From Spirochaetota bacterium (lineage in GTDB: Bacteria > Spirochaetota > JAHITG01 > JAFGFC01): a stretch of DNA of 64,000 nucleotides. Positions within the stretch are counted from its first letter, which is position 1. Every line of letters starts with the position of its first letter. The stretch is from the NCBI GenBank assembly GCA_016931325.1, contig JAFGFC010000001.1:1419-65418 (forward strand). The letters run 5' to 3'. The position numbers and the translations under genes are program-made. This document shows, piece by piece, positions 38,215 to 50,925 of this stretch. The notes below the pieces were generated by a model. It was not told where the DNA came from, made no database searches, and saw only the letters and a program-made list of their open reading frames with translations.

Positions 38215-38325
38215 CTTTCCCAATAGTAATATTTTGATTTTCAAATGTCAAGCAGGGTAATTTTTTGTTGCCTTTAGGAAAAATTATTATAAATTTGACT
38301 AAAATTTATTGAGAAAGGACAGGTA

Positions 38326-39495
38326 ATGGGTTCAGATCTTAAAAAAGAGAGTTTAAAACTGCATAAAGAGCTGAAGGGGAAGCTGGAGATTGTCAGCAAG
38401 AGGAAGGTAACAAAAGAGAACCTTCCCCTTCTTTATACACCCGGAGTGGCGGCTTCCTGCATGGAAATCTATCATGACAGGGTCAAGGAATACGAGTATA
38501 CCGGTAAACAGAATACGATCGCGATCGTAACAGACGGCTCAGCCGTTCTGGGCCTTGGCAAGATCGGGCCGCAGGCCGCTATGCCTGTTATGGAAGGAAA
38601 AGCCATTCTTTTTAAGGAATTTGGCGGGGTGAATGCCATCCCCATCTGTCTTGATACTTATGATACGGAAGAGATCATACAGACAACAAAGCACATAGCC
38701 CCCAGTTTTGGGGGCATTAATCTGGAAGACATATCCTCTCCCCGATGTTTTGATATTGAAAAAAAACTGGATGAAGAGCTGGATATCCCTGTTTTTCACG
38801 ATGACCAGCATGGGACAGCTGTTGTGGTCTACGCGGGGGTGATTAATGCCTTGAAACTTGTCAATAAAACCAGTGACAGGATAAAGGTCGTTATCAATGG
38901 AGCCGGAGCCGCAGGAATTGCTATTGCCGAGTTCCTTTTAAAGAACAAATTTAATGATATTATTCTTTGTGACAGTAAGGGGATTGTTCATCACCGACGA
39001 AAAGAAGGGATGAACCAGGTCAAAGAAAAAATAGCCAGGATAACCAATCCAAGAGGCCAGACAGGGTCTCTGGCTGATGCCCTCGGGGGATGCGAACTTT
39101 TTATAGGTGTTTCGGTCAGGGATATACTGAGTGAAGAAATGATTTCCAGTATGGCAAAAGACCCTGTTCTTTTCACACTGGCCAACCCCGATCCGGAAAT
39201 AAGTCCTGAGAGAGCGAAAAAAGCAGGCGTGAAAGTCATCGCCACGGGGCGTTCAGATTATCCTAATCAGGTGAATAATCTTCTTGCTTTTCCCGGCATT
39301 TTCAAGGGAGCCTTGGGAGTCAGAGCCGGCAGGATCACTTTTGAAATGAAACGAGAAGCCAGCCTGGCCATCGCTTCTCTGGTGAAGAGGAATGATCTAA
39401 AGCCCGGGTATTTTATCCCCCATGCTACGGATAGAACGGTTGCGGAGGTTGTTTCTGATGCAGTACGGTTTGCCTATAAGAAATATGGCGCTTGA
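38326..39495 (+). CDS. NAD(P)-dependent malic enzyme (short type)
   Basis: [42 protein letters not shown] and [13 protein letters not shown] motifs. Confidence 0.95.
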   Translation: MGSDLKKESLKLHKELKGKLEIVSKRKVTKENLPLLYTPGVAASCMEIYHDRVKEYEYTGKQNTIAIVTDGSAVLGLGKIGPQAAMPVMEGKAILFKEFGGVNAIPICLDTYDTEEIIQTTKHIAPSFGGINLEDISSPRCFDIEKKLDEELDIPVFHDDQHGTAVVVYAGVINALKLVNKTSDRIKVVINGAGAAGIAIAEFLLKNKFNDIILCDSKGIVHHRRKEGMNQVKEKIARITNPRGQTGSLADALGGCELFIGVSVRDILSEEMISSMAKDPVLFTLANPDPEISPERAKKAGVKVIATGRSDYPNQVNNLLAFPGIFKGALGVRAGRITFEMKREASLAIASLVKRNDLKPGYFIPHATDRTVAEVVSDAVRFAYKKYGA

Positions 39496-40459
39496 GATCA
39501 AAAAGATCGTGACCATGCCCATTAAAAATAATCCTGTTCTTATTATCGTGGTGGTTTTTTTTCTGCTTCTTTCCCTGGGTAACAGGATCTATAATAATTA
39601 TACCACTTCATTTCATATTCACGAAAGGATCAATAAGGTGTTTCCCGCCTGTTCCATAGAAGAAAAGGAAAGATGGCAGAAAAGGATCATTGAAAAAACA
39701 AAACATTTGGATGTGAAGGTATATATTCATGTGGTCAAGATGGGGGAAAATTACTGGCAGATCGCCCGGGAAAATGGCTTGGACATTGATACGATTGTGG
39801 GCCTGAACCCTTATTTAAAGAATCTGTATGCCTCAGCAGGGGAGAATCTCCTGGTAGCGAACAGAAAGGGTTGTCTTCATATTATACAGGGTCATGAAAC
39901 CCTTTATGATCTGGCTAATCTGTATGATGTCTCTGTTTCCGAGATCAGAAGAGCCAATCGATTAAATATATTTGTGGAATATATCTATGGACTGAACAAA
40001 AATGATGTGTTGTTCATTCCTGATGTGAAACCTGTTGTTTTAACCGAGGGGATGAATGAAATGTATGAACTGAGACGGGCTCTTCAATCCCCTCTGGGGG
40101 GAGCCTATACCTCCGGTTTTGGATTAAGAATAGATCCCATAACCAGACAATCAAGGCACCATAATGGGCTGGACATAAGGGTACGGATCGGGACAGCTGT
40201 AGGAGCCTCTGCTGACGGTGTGGTTGTGGCAGCCGGATGGGCCGGCGGATACGGGAAAATGATCAAGGTCAGCCATTATAATGGTTATACCACGCTTTAT
40301 GGTCATCTGTCACGGATCTATGTCCGGACGGGTCAGAAGGTGAAGCAGGGACAGATTATTGGCAGTTCAGGGAATACCGGTCGCACAACCGGTCCTCATC
40401 TGCATTTTACGGTCTGGTATAAGGGGAAATTGGTGAATCCCGCCAAGTTTCTCTGGTAA
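39485..40459 (+). CDS. LysM + M23 family murein endopeptidase
   Basis: TM segment, two LysM-like repeats, HNGLD, YGHLS and TGPHLHF zinc motifs. Start codon uncertain. Confidence 0.9.
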   Translation: MALEIKKIVTMPIKNNPVLIIVVVFFLLLSLGNRIYNNYTTSFHIHERINKVFPACSIEEKERWQKRIIEKTKHLDVKVYIHVVKMGENYWQIARENGLDIDTIVGLNPYLKNLYASAGENLLVANRKGCLHIIQGHETLYDLANLYDVSVSEIRRANRLNIFVEYIYGLNKNDVLFIPDVKPVVLTEGMNEMYELRRALQSPLGGAYTSGFGLRIDPITRQSRHHNGLDIRVRIGTAVGASADGVVVAAGWAGGYGKMIKVSHYNGYTTLYGHLSRIYVRTGQKVKQGQIIGSSGNTGRTTGPHLHFTVWYKGKLVNPAKFLW

Positions 40460-40488
40460 GATATTAACTTAAATGTTGGTCGAATTGT

Positions 40489-42480
<1,992 letters not shown>

Positions 42481-42511
42481 TCAGAACAGTGAAAAAATCA
42501 AGTAGTTTCCT

Positions 42512-43213
42512 TTATTTTTTCTTTTTCCCTGACCAGCTGCCGCCGAAAAAAGGATTATCTTTCAAACCCTTGCTCAATTCCTTCATGTTCTTAGCGCTGT
42601 CTTTCAGAGCTGACATGGTCTCCTGTATGGTCCCTCTGTTTTCCGCCAGCGACGCTGACAGTTGTTGAAAATTATTCAAGGTCTTCATAAAGGAACCGTT
42701 GGGGTCACTCAGCTGGGCGGTTAAAAGCTGCACGTTTTTAATGATAAGGTCAGTTGGGCTGTCCGGAGCATGGGCTAATTGTATGGCAAGAAACTCTCTC
42801 CCTTTTTCCGAGTCTGCCGAGTACAAAAAATCACCATCAGCGGCCATGGAAGAGTTAGTCATGCCTGTCGAGAGTTCAATAAATTTCTCTCCTATGAGGG
42901 GAGCATTCAGCATAACAACTGAATCTTTCCTTATTTTTTGAGAATATTTCTTAAGAACGTAAAATCTTAAAATGATCTGATCGTTTTCATCAAGGTATAT
43001 TTTTTTTACCAGACCGATCTTAAGGCCTTTGTACTTGACCGGCATCCCTTCTGAAAGGCTGGCGGCTGAATTAAATCCTGTTTTATAATAAAATTTTTTA
43101 GTTAAAAGATGCTGACCTCGCGCGATAAAGATGACAGCGGAGATGATAATAATAAGGCTTATAACGATGAAACTCCCGATTAATTTTTCTGTCTGTTTAA
43201 ATTTATAGGCCAT
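42512..43213 (-). CDS. mlaD: MCE/MlaD family substrate-binding protein
   Basis: N-terminal TM; LSEGMPVKYKGLKIGLV MCE motif; LIGEKFIEL. Confidence 0.85.
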   Translation of the reverse strand: MAYKFKQTEKLIGSFIVISLIIIISAVIFIARGQHLLTKKFYYKTGFNSAASLSEGMPVKYKGLKIGLVKKIYLDENDQIILRFYVLKKYSQKIRKDSVVMLNAPLIGEKFIELSTGMTNSSMAADGDFLYSADSEKGREFLAIQLAHAPDSPTDLIIKNVQLLTAQLSDPNGSFMKTLNNFQQLSASLAENRGTIQETMSALKDSAKNMKELSKGLKDNPFFGGSWSGKKKK

Positions 43214-43227
43214 TGTATTCCTCCTCG

Positions 43228-43248
43228 GTTGCCCTGAAACAGGGCAAC
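43228..43248. other. perfect hairpin between mlaF and mlaD
   Basis: GTTGCCCTG-AAA-CAGGGCAAC, just upstream of the mlaD SD (GAGGAGG on the minus strand). Confidence 0.6.
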
Positions 43249-43256
43249 TCTGAAAA

Positions 43257-43985
43257 TTATCGTTTCTGGTCTATGGTTTCCGGACTCCTGTCTATTTTCA
43301 AGTTTTTGATATTGGCGATGGTTCGATCTTTAATTTCAATGATCCGATCGGCAAAGCCAAGGAATTTGTCGATCTCATGAGTGATAACAACGGACGTGAC
43401 CCCTTTGTTATAGGCTTCAGTCATTAATTTTACTATAATATTTCGTGAATTATCGTCCAGGTTGGCGATAGGTTCGTCATAAAATATTGTCTCAGGTTGA
43501 GTTATTAAAGCCCGGGCCAGGGCTACCATTTTTCGCTGACCCATGCTGAGAAAGGCCGGGAGATGGAATCTGTGATTTTCCATATTAATGATAGTGATCA
43601 TTTTATTCACTTCTTCCGTGATCTTTTCTTCAGGCATGATCTCATGGTACCTCAGCGGGAGAGCCAGGTTATTAAAAACATTCATATTGCTGATCAAGGC
43701 CGAATCCTGAAAAACAAAGCCTGTGCGTTGATGTATCTCCATCAACTCTTTTTTAAAGATACCTTTCAGATTGACGCCATCATAAAAAACGTTCCCCTCC
43801 TCCGGTAAAATCAGGCCGGAAATGATCTTTAAAAAAGTACTTTTCCCTTCCCCTCTCGGGCCCACAATGATAATAAATTCACCTTTGTAAATTTCAAGAG
43901 AGACATCGCTCAGGATATAGCTGCTGCCGGGAGTATAATTAAAATTCAAATTCTCAACTTTTAATACAATGTTCTGTTTCTTCAT
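43257..43985 (-). CDS. mlaF: MlaF-like ABC ATPase
   Basis: GPRGEGKS, FVFQDSAL, LSMGQRK and YDEP motifs; lies between mlaE and mlaD. Confidence 0.85.
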   Translation of the reverse strand: MKKQNIVLKVENLNFNYTPGSSYILSDVSLEIYKGEFIIIVGPRGEGKSTFLKIISGLILPEEGNVFYDGVNLKGIFKKELMEIHQRTGFVFQDSALISNMNVFNNLALPLRYHEIMPEEKITEEVNKMITIINMENHRFHLPAFLSMGQRKMVALARALITQPETIFYDEPIANLDDNSRNIIVKLMTEAYNKGVTSVVITHEIDKFLGFADRIIEIKDRTIANIKNLKIDRSPETIDQKR

Positions 43986-43987
43986 AT

Positions 43988-44779
43988 TTAAATATAAAAG
44001 AGGATGGTGATGATCCCGTTAAAGGTGAAAACATAGATCAATGAATTGACTACAGCCCTGGTCGTGGCCATCGGCACTTCTGTGGATGAAAGTCTTATTT
44101 TGAAACCATGATACACGGAGATGGTGGCAATGATAGCCCCGAACACGGATGATTTTAGAATAGAGACGATTAGATCGGTCATTGTCATGGCGGAGAACAG
44201 AAAAGCAAAAAAGCGATGCAAAGGGATGTTCAACTGGAAACTGGCAACGAAAAATCCCCCGATGATTCCCACCGTGGCAAAATAGATCGTCAGACAGATG
44301 GTGGAGATGATGGACCCTATAAGTCTGGGGAACATGATATACTTTAATGTATCGATGCCCATGGCTTCCAGCGCTTCCACCTCATGAGAAACCATCATAT
44401 TCCCGATCTCTGTGGCAATGGCCGTACCGGAACGGCCGGTAATGATGATAGCGGTCAGTATAGGTCCCAGTTCCCGGACCATGGTAATGATCAGGATCTG
44501 ACCGATGAGATTCTCGGCGCCTATCTGTATCAGCTGAGTTACGGATTGTACAATAATGACAATTCCCAGAAGCAGAGAAATAATACTGATAATAGGAAGA
44601 GCGTTATATCCTGTAAACAGTATCTGGTTCTTTATTATCTGTCTGATGATCTTTCTGCCCTTCCGGCTTCCGGCAAGGGTTTCCCAGATCGCATAGACAA
44701 ACAGACCACAGACCCCTCCAAAATAATCCAGTTTTTTTAAGAATGATTTGCCGATTTTTGAAAGAAATTCTGTACTCAT
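43988..44779 (-). CDS. mlaE: MlaE family ABC permease
   Basis: VRELGPILTAIIITGRSGTAIATEIGNM, EALEAMGI and ATTRAVV motifs. Confidence 0.92.
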   Translation of the reverse strand: MSTEFLSKIGKSFLKKLDYFGGVCGLFVYAIWETLAGSRKGRKIIRQIIKNQILFTGYNALPIISIISLLLGIVIIVQSVTQLIQIGAENLIGQILIITMVRELGPILTAIIITGRSGTAIATEIGNMMVSHEVEALEAMGIDTLKYIMFPRLIGSIISTICLTIYFATVGIIGGFFVASFQLNIPLHRFFAFLFSAMTMTDLIVSILKSSVFGAIIATISVYHGFKIRLSSTEVPMATTRAVVNSLIYVFTFNGIITILFYI

Positions 44780-44822
44780 TTTTAAAAATTAGTCAATTTT
44801 TGGCGGTAAGTCAACCCTGGCG

Positions 44823-46568
44823 CTATTTTTTTCTCTGTATGGACCTTTTTTTAATGTCAATCATCTGGGAAGTATTTCCTATAATAACATAGGGTAAGGT
44901 TAAATCTTCTTTCAGCAAAGTGAAAACCGGCATGGCCCCGGATTCAAGAGAGTTCTTCAGCATGGAGAAATAAGAGTCGGGTATGCGTTCCAGCTTTTCG
45001 CCATTAACCATCAATCCCTTGTCTTTTGACATACTCCATATAGCCAACTCTGTTGTCTTTGAAAGGGTATTGATGATTTCCAGAAAATGGGCAAAACTAT
45101 AAGGCATATATTTCGAAGGTGAGAGCAGAAAGTCTACATATTGCGCTTCCCGGCCGGAAGAAACGATAAGGGGGAATTTACCTTCGGGGGTATTATAGGG
45201 GATCTTGAATTCTATATCCTTTGATCGGGTATTCCCCTGATACTCTTTCAATACGATCCTGGCTTTGACCGTTTCCCCCGGATAATACTCTCTCTGATCA
45301 CATATCATTTTTTGTATTTCCAGCATTTTTATCCGCGTGTTGATCTTTAGCTCACCTTTAATGGAGGTTATGGAAACCTTTTCGAATTTATTCATTAAAA
45401 TTTCGGAAATGGGTTTTAAAAATAATAACATTCCTGTTTGGAGGCTATCCAGAAGATTGATTCCGGGAATCGTGTCTTTCAGTACCATGGAACTCTTGTT
45501 GTCGAATTGGACTGTAAATTCAAAATCCAATGTGTTATTTTCCCACCATCCGCCCGCCTTTTCGATGGAGCGATAAAGACACAGGCTTAACAGGCTGGGG
45601 AGCATATGGTAGGTTTTAATGAGCCCAAAGTTATATTGTTTCAAGACACCCTGGTAATTGACATCAAGTTGAAAGGGGATGAGTCCGGCTTTTTGGTCCA
45701 TGACTCCTGCCAGTCCTCCCAGCTGATCCTGAAATATCTTTCCCACGGTCTTTGTGGCAGAACCGATCTTGAAAGACTGATAGAGACTGGGTAGAACCGT
45801 GTGGATATACGCATGAGACATGGGCAGATCGGTTGATCCGGAAAAAAACATGGGGTGACCGAAGATCAGTATTTTATTCTGTTTAACATACGTAACCGTT
45901 CCGATAGCGCTCAAATTAAGATCACCGGTAATGAGATTGACGGCCACAGCTGATCCGGGTTCAAATTTATCAGGGACCTGGATATCCTTTCCTGCCTCAC
46001 CTCCTGCCATGGGGAAAAAGCCCATATTCTTAAACTGTTCTTTAAATATATCAAAACCGGCTTCCGTAATGCCCTGAAAGGCCAGAGGGATCTTCAAGAC
46101 CTGCAGATTGTCTTTATTGTCTTTGACATAATATTCCTTGAAAGGATGATGGATATTATAAAAGTTGGTATTATATTTTCTTTCGATTATTTCAAGCATA
46201 TCTTCAATAGGGGTAATAGCGGCGATCGGCTCTTTTGAGAATGACCAGGAAAAGGCCAGAGCCCCGATGATCTTATCCTGGATATAGACAGGGCTTCCGC
46301 TCATTCCCGCGATGATCCCTGCTTTATCCACTGTTTTTCCACTGAGCCTGGCCAGGATCAGATCCCCTTCAGGTCTGATATTTTTAAGAACAGAAATGAT
46401 CTCTACATCAAATTTTTCTATGGCTGTCCCCTGAAATACTGTTTTACCATAACCGGTCATACCCGGCTTTATCTGGCTGACAGGAAGAATATCATCCTGG
46501 GCGAGTATCAGAGAGGACCATATAAAAACAATCAGGATAAAAAGGATTTTTTTAAAAAGTTTTTTCAT
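44823..46568 (-). CDS. exported SpoIVB-type (S55) peptidase domain protein
   Basis: Signal peptide; GMTGYGKTVFQG, GIIAGMSGSPVY and FGHP motifs. Confidence 0.85.
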   Translation of the reverse strand: MKKLFKKILFILIVFIWSSLILAQDDILPVSQIKPGMTGYGKTVFQGTAIEKFDVEIISVLKNIRPEGDLILARLSGKTVDKAGIIAGMSGSPVYIQDKIIGALAFSWSFSKEPIAAITPIEDMLEIIERKYNTNFYNIHHPFKEYYVKDNKDNLQVLKIPLAFQGITEAGFDIFKEQFKNMGFFPMAGGEAGKDIQVPDKFEPGSAVAVNLITGDLNLSAIGTVTYVKQNKILIFGHPMFFSGSTDLPMSHAYIHTVLPSLYQSFKIGSATKTVGKIFQDQLGGLAGVMDQKAGLIPFQLDVNYQGVLKQYNFGLIKTYHMLPSLLSLCLYRSIEKAGGWWENNTLDFEFTVQFDNKSSMVLKDTIPGINLLDSLQTGMLLFLKPISEILMNKFEKVSITSIKGELKINTRIKMLEIQKMICDQREYYPGETVKARIVLKEYQGNTRSKDIEFKIPYNTPEGKFPLIVSSGREAQYVDFLLSPSKYMPYSFAHFLEIINTLSKTTELAIWSMSKDKGLMVNGEKLERIPDSYFSMLKNSLESGAMPVFTLLKEDLTLPYVIIGNTSQMIDIKKRSIQRKK

Positions 46569-46581
46569 ATGTGAGAGTTCT

Positions 46582-47169
46582 TTACAGATAGCTTAACACT
46601 TCCCTCCAGCCCTTTATGCGGATCAAGAGATTTTTACTGGGTTTGGATGATCTCAATTGATTCCAGGGATAATCGAACAGAAGGACTTTAATTTTTTCTT
46701 TGATGAATTCCATAGCAAAATCGATCCTGTCCTCAATAACGCACTTGAGTAAAAGACCCTTGGAAAAAACCAGATTCAGCTTGCTTTTTCCTTCATATTC
46801 CTGCACAAAATATATTTTATCATAGGGGATCTTGTTCTTTGCCAGCCAGTGCAGGGTCTGTTCTTTGGCCTTTTTGGGCCGTGCTGTGATCAAAATGATC
46901 TGATATTTCTCTTTTAAATAATCCAGAGATGTCCTGGCGCCTGAAAGGACAGGTATCTCCAGCCATTTATTTTTTTCATCAAAATAATCCCAGAATTCTG
47001 TCATTTTTTTCTTCGGGATTCCTAACACTTTTTCGTAAAAGGAGTGGATCACATCCTGCTGTTTCAGGTTAAAACCAAAAAATTTATTGATATACTTCCG
47101 AAAGGTTTTGTCCGAGTCACCGATAACACCGTCGATGTCAATACCAATAGAGGGTTTATAGACACTCAT
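46582..47169 (-). CDS. NT5C-like HAD 5'(3')-nucleotidase
   Basis: [16 protein letters not shown] and PWN motifs. Confidence 0.8.
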   Translation of the reverse strand: MSVYKPSIGIDIDGVIGDSDKTFRKYINKFFGFNLKQQDVIHSFYEKVLGIPKKKMTEFWDYFDEKNKWLEIPVLSGARTSLDYLKEKYQIILITARPKKAKEQTLHWLAKNKIPYDKIYFVQEYEGKSKLNLVFSKGLLLKCVIEDRIDFAMEFIKEKIKVLLFDYPWNQLRSSKPSKNLLIRIKGWREVLSYL

Positions 47170-48418
47170 ACTCCTTTCTCCGTTTGGCATACAAGGGGAA
47201 AGCATCACACATCTCTTTAACTTGTTTATTGATCCTGGCCAGGATTTTATCGTCTGTTGAGTTTTCTATGGCGTTGTTCATGAAATCGGCGATCATCTCC
47301 ATTTCCTTCTCTTTCATACCTCTGGTCGTGACAGAAGGGGTGCCTATTCTTATCCCGCTGGTGATAGCCGGCGGTTGCTCGTCATAGGGGATCATGTTTT
47401 TATTAGTAATAATACCGCCTTTTTCTAAAGCGATCTCTGCTTCTTTTCCCGTAATTTTTCTGTTACGCAGATCTATCATCATAAGATGATTGTCCGTTCC
47501 CCCTGAAACAAGCCTGAAGCCTCTGGCTTTTAGACTCTGGGCCAGTTTCATGGCATTCTTTCTGATCTGTTTCTGATAGGATTTGAATTCCTGAGTCAAG
47601 GCCTCCCGGAAGGATACGGCTTTCGCTGCTATGATATGCATTAAAGGTCCGCCTTGAATGCCGGGGAAGATATTCTTATTAATACCTTTTTCATATTCTG
47701 ATCGGCAAAGGATCAGCCCGCCTCTTGGCCCCCGTAATGTCTTGTGAGTGGTTGAAGTAACGAACTGGGCATGAGGAACGGGAGAAGGGTGCTCCCCGGC
47801 GGCCACAAGTCCGGCGATATGGGCCATGTCCACAACCAGCAGAGCGCCGGCCTTATCAGCAATAGACTTGAATTTTTTAAAGTCAATGATCCTTGGATAA
47901 GCGCTGGCCCCGGCTATGATCAGTTTAGGCTTATGCTGCAGGGCCAGTTTTTCCAGTTCATCGTAATCGATTGTTTCTGTTTCACGATTAACTCCGTAAA
48001 AGACAATGTTATAGAGCCTGCCGGAAAAATTGACCGGACTTCCGTGAGTCAGATGGCCTCCATGGGCCAGATTCATGCCCAGAAATGTATCTCCCGGCTC
48101 GGCCGCGGTAAAATAAACTCCCATATTGGCCTGAGAGCCGCTGTGGGGCTGGACATTGGCTGACTCAGCCTGAAAAAGTTTTTTAGCCCTCTGGATGGCC
48201 AGATTTTCGACAACATCCATATATTCGCAGCCGCCATAGTATCGTTTGCCTGGATATCCTTCAGCGTATTTATTGGTCATGATACTGCCCTGAGCCTGTA
48301 AAACCGCTTCGGTAACAAAATTTTCTGAAGCGATAAGCTGGATCTTGGAATGCTGTTTCACTGTTTCATGATAGATGGCTTTGGCAACATCAGGATCGGT
48401 TTTAAAGAGTTCTTTCAT
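47156..48418 (-). CDS. glyA: serine hydroxymethyltransferase
   Basis: [29 protein letters not shown] and [12 protein letters not shown] motifs. Confidence 0.98.
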   Translation of the reverse strand: MKELFKTDPDVAKAIYHETVKQHSKIQLIASENFVTEAVLQAQGSIMTNKYAEGYPGKRYYGGCEYMDVVENLAIQRAKKLFQAESANVQPHSGSQANMGVYFTAAEPGDTFLGMNLAHGGHLTHGSPVNFSGRLYNIVFYGVNRETETIDYDELEKLALQHKPKLIIAGASAYPRIIDFKKFKSIADKAGALLVVDMAHIAGLVAAGEHPSPVPHAQFVTSTTHKTLRGPRGGLILCRSEYEKGINKNIFPGIQGGPLMHIIAAKAVSFREALTQEFKSYQKQIRKNAMKLAQSLKARGFRLVSGGTDNHLMMIDLRNRKITGKEAEIALEKGGIITNKNMIPYDEQPPAITSGIRIGTPSVTTRGMKEKEMEMIADFMNNAIENSTDDKILARINKQVKEMCDAFPLYAKRRKEYECL

Positions 48419-48881
48419 GGCTTGTCCTTTGTACCGATGATAATTTATTTATAAAAAGATCGATGTACTCTTTTATCTGCTCAAAGGTTTTCATGTAATT
48501 TTCCATATCATGAGGAAAAGGGTCTGTCACATCATCATTTTTATCGATCATATGGGATAAAAGAGATATCTTTTTTGAACAGGATACAAATTGATTTTTC
48601 AAGAGTTGAGATTGATACTCTTCCATTGTCAGGATATAATGATTATTTCTCATATCTTCCTGTTTGATTGATCTGGACTTGAAAAATTGATTAAAAGGAA
48701 TATGAAAATGACACAGCACTTTTTTTGCGTTATCCGATAGCGGGGAACCATCATAGGCCAGGATCCCTGCTGATGATGCGTAGTGAAGAGAATCCTGCCC
48801 CACTTTATAATTAAAGTACATTTCTGCCATAGGGCTGCGGCAGGTGTTCCCTGTGCATACAAACAAAAACTTCATGGCCAT
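48402..48881 (-). CDS. low-molecular-weight protein phosphatase, YwlE-like (probable arginine phosphatase)
   Basis: P-loop [12 protein letters not shown] and DPF; lies upstream of glyA, as ywlE does in Bacillus. Confidence 0.85.
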   Translation of the reverse strand: MAMKFLFVCTGNTCRSPMAEMYFNYKVGQDSLHYASSAGILAYDGSPLSDNAKKVLCHFHIPFNQFFKSRSIKQEDMRNNHYILTMEEYQSQLLKNQFVSCSKKISLLSHMIDKNDDVTDPFPHDMENYMKTFEQIKEYIDLFINKLSSVQRTSHERTL

Positions 48882-48962
48882 TAAATTATACCAATATAAT
48901 TAAATGTCAATGAAAATTTTGGACGGTATTTCTCATTATTTCAGTTAAATATTAAAATTTTG

Positions 48963-48991
48963 TTGCCTATTTATTATAAAATGATTATAAT
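48963..48991 (+). promoter_or_regulatory. sigma70-type promoter of the small Hc1-like gene
   Basis: TTGCCT (48963-48968), 17-bp spacer, TATAAT (48986-48991). Confidence 0.65.
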
Positions 48992-49021
48992 TGGTAGCAA
49001 AGTTAATATAAGGAGGACAAC

Positions 49022-49198
49022 ATGAAAACCGTCAATCAGATCAAGGAAATACTCTCTACATTAGAAGGGGATGTGGAAAAATTAGAAGTCAAAAAAGTAA
49101 AAGCCGCCGCTTCCAGAGTCAGGAAAGGACTCATGCAGATATCCAGGCTTTGTAAAGAAGGAAGAAAAGAAGCCATGGATATTAAAGCCAGTATTTAG
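49022..49198 (+). CDS. 58-aa histone H1-like (Hc1-family) small basic protein; absent from the ORF track
   Basis: MKTVNQIKEILSTLEGDVEKLEVKKVKAAASRVRKGLMQISRLCKEGRKEAMDIKASI. It has an AAGGAGG SD and its own promoter and terminator; KAAAxRVRK resembles the Hc1 core. Confidence 0.82.
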   Translation: MKTVNQIKEILSTLEGDVEKLEVKKVKAAASRVRKGLMQISRLCKEGRKEAMDIKASI

Positions 49199-49220
49199 TA
49201 TATCAATTCTTAAAATATAA

Positions 49221-49253
49221 AAAGGGGGATAAATCCTTATCCCCCTTTGTTTT
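49221..49253 (+). terminator. intrinsic terminator
   Basis: AAAGGGGGATAA-ATCC-TTATCCCCCTTT followed by GTTTT. Confidence 0.85.
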
Positions 49254-49306
49254 CTTCAAGAACTTGTCTGTTTGTCAATTAAAATAAAATTTTTGGAGGA
49301 TCTGTT

Positions 49307-50293
49307 TTGAAAGCCATTATCCCCGTTGCAGGAGTGGGAACAAGATTAAGACCCCATACTCATACAACTCCCAAAGTATTGATCAAAGTCGCCGGAAAGA
49401 CCATTATAGAATACATTATTGATGAGATCATACAGTATCGTATCATTGACGAGATCATCTTTATTGTGGGGTATCTGGGTGATCAGATAAAAGAATTTAT
49501 CGAGAGAAAATATCAAAAAAAGATTGCTTTGAGTTTTATCACCCAGGAACAACGCAAAGGCCTGGGCCATGCTATCTTTCTGGCCAGGACCATTTCCCAG
49601 GGGCATCCTGTGCTTATCATTCTGGGCGATACGATCTTTAAAACCAATTTTAAAAAAATTATCAATTCAGAAAAAAATTTTATCGGGGTCAAGGAAGTGG
49701 AAGATCCCAGCCGTTTCGGGGTTGTTTTTTTAAATCAGGAGAAGAAAATTGAAAAATTTATTGAAAAACCTTCGTCATCCAAATCAAAACTGGCTATTGT
49801 GGGTATCTATCTGATCCAGGATTCCAAACTGTTGTTTGAAAAAATCGATAAGATTATCAAGCAGGGTATTAAAACAAAGGGGGAATATCAATTGACCGAT
49901 GCCCTGGAACTATTATTAAAAGAAAAAATAGAAATGGAGATATTTGAAATAGAGAAATGGCTGGATTGCGGGAAACCGGAAACACTTCTGGCCACCAACA
50001 GGGTCCTTTTAGAGCAGCACGGTAATAACAGGAAAATCAAGAACGGGATCATCATCCCTCCTGTTTATATCTCAAAAAATGCACAGGTTGAAGAGTCGAT
50101 TATCGGTCCTTACGTGTCCATAGGAGATAATGTTATCGTAAAACATTCTCTGATCAGCGACAGTATCATCAATGATTCCGCTATGATAGAAAAGCTGATG
50201 CTCTCCGGGTCTCTTATCGGCAGAGAAGCCGTGTTAAAAGGAATATGCCGGCATCTTAATATTGGAGATTCTTCAGAGGTACGTTTCGGATAA
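49307..50293 (+). CDS. sugar-phosphate nucleotidyltransferase (RmlA/GlmU-like with left-handed beta-helix tail)
   Basis: [11 protein letters not shown]...[21 protein letters not shown] and WLDCG motifs; TTG start after GGAGG. Confidence 0.88.
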   Translation: MKAIIPVAGVGTRLRPHTHTTPKVLIKVAGKTIIEYIIDEIIQYRIIDEIIFIVGYLGDQIKEFIERKYQKKIALSFITQEQRKGLGHAIFLARTISQGHPVLIILGDTIFKTNFKKIINSEKNFIGVKEVEDPSRFGVVFLNQEKKIEKFIEKPSSSKSKLAIVGIYLIQDSKLLFEKIDKIIKQGIKTKGEYQLTDALELLLKEKIEMEIFEIEKWLDCGKPETLLATNRVLLEQHGNNRKIKNGIIIPPVYISKNAQVEESIIGPYVSIGDNVIVKHSLISDSIINDSAMIEKLMLSGSLIGREAVLKGICRHLNIGDSSEVRFG

Positions 50294-50925
50294 TGTTAGC
50301 CTTATTTTCAGATTTTAAAGCGGTTTTTGATCGGGACCCGGCAGCCAGAGGGTTAGGCGGTTTTTTCGAGGTCCTTTTTACATACTCGGGTTTTCATGCT
50401 ATTGTCCTTCACCGGATCACTCGTCTATTCTGGCGATTGAAAATACCCGTGATCCCTCGTATCCTGTCCCAGCTGAATCGATTCATGACAGGGATAGAAA
50501 TACATCCGGGAGCCAGGATAGGCAGGGGATTTTTTATTGACCATGGCATGGGGGTGATCATAGGCGAAACAACTGAAATTGGAGACAACGTGACCCTTTT
50601 TCAGGGTGTTACACTGGGAGGGACAGGTAAAGAAGCCGGCAAGCGCCATCCTACTATCGGTCATAATGTGGTAATCGGAGCCGGGGCCAAGGTTTTAGGA
50701 AATATCCATATTGGCCATAATGTCAAGATAGGGGCCAATTCTGTTGTTTTAAAGAATGTCCCTGATGATTCTACCGTGGTGGGTATTCCGGGAAGGGTCG
50801 TCAGGCAGAAAGGTAAAACACTGGACAATTTAAACCACAGCGATATCCCTGATCCCATTCTGCAGAGGCTCCAGCATTTACAGACCGAGATAAATCTTAT
50901 AAAGAAAAAGTTCAAGATCAGATGA
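50293..50925 (+). CDS. cysE: serine O-acetyltransferase
   Basis: [22 protein letters not shown] and [14 protein letters not shown] motifs. Confidence 0.95.
   Translation: MLALFSDFKAVFDRDPAARGLGGFFEVLFTYSGFHAIVLHRITRLFWRLKIPVIPRILSQLNRFMTGIEIHPGARIGRGFFIDHGMGVIIGETTEIGDNVTLFQGVTLGGTGKEAGKRHPTIGHNVVIGAGAKVLGNIHIGHNVKIGANSVVLKNVPDDSTVVGIPGRVVRQKGKTLDNLNHSDIPDPILQRLQHLQTEINLIKKKFKIR

Noticed and set aside
50200-50300. T-box riboswitch ahead of cysE-cysS
   Set aside because: cysE overlaps the upstream stop (TAATG), so there is no leader space.
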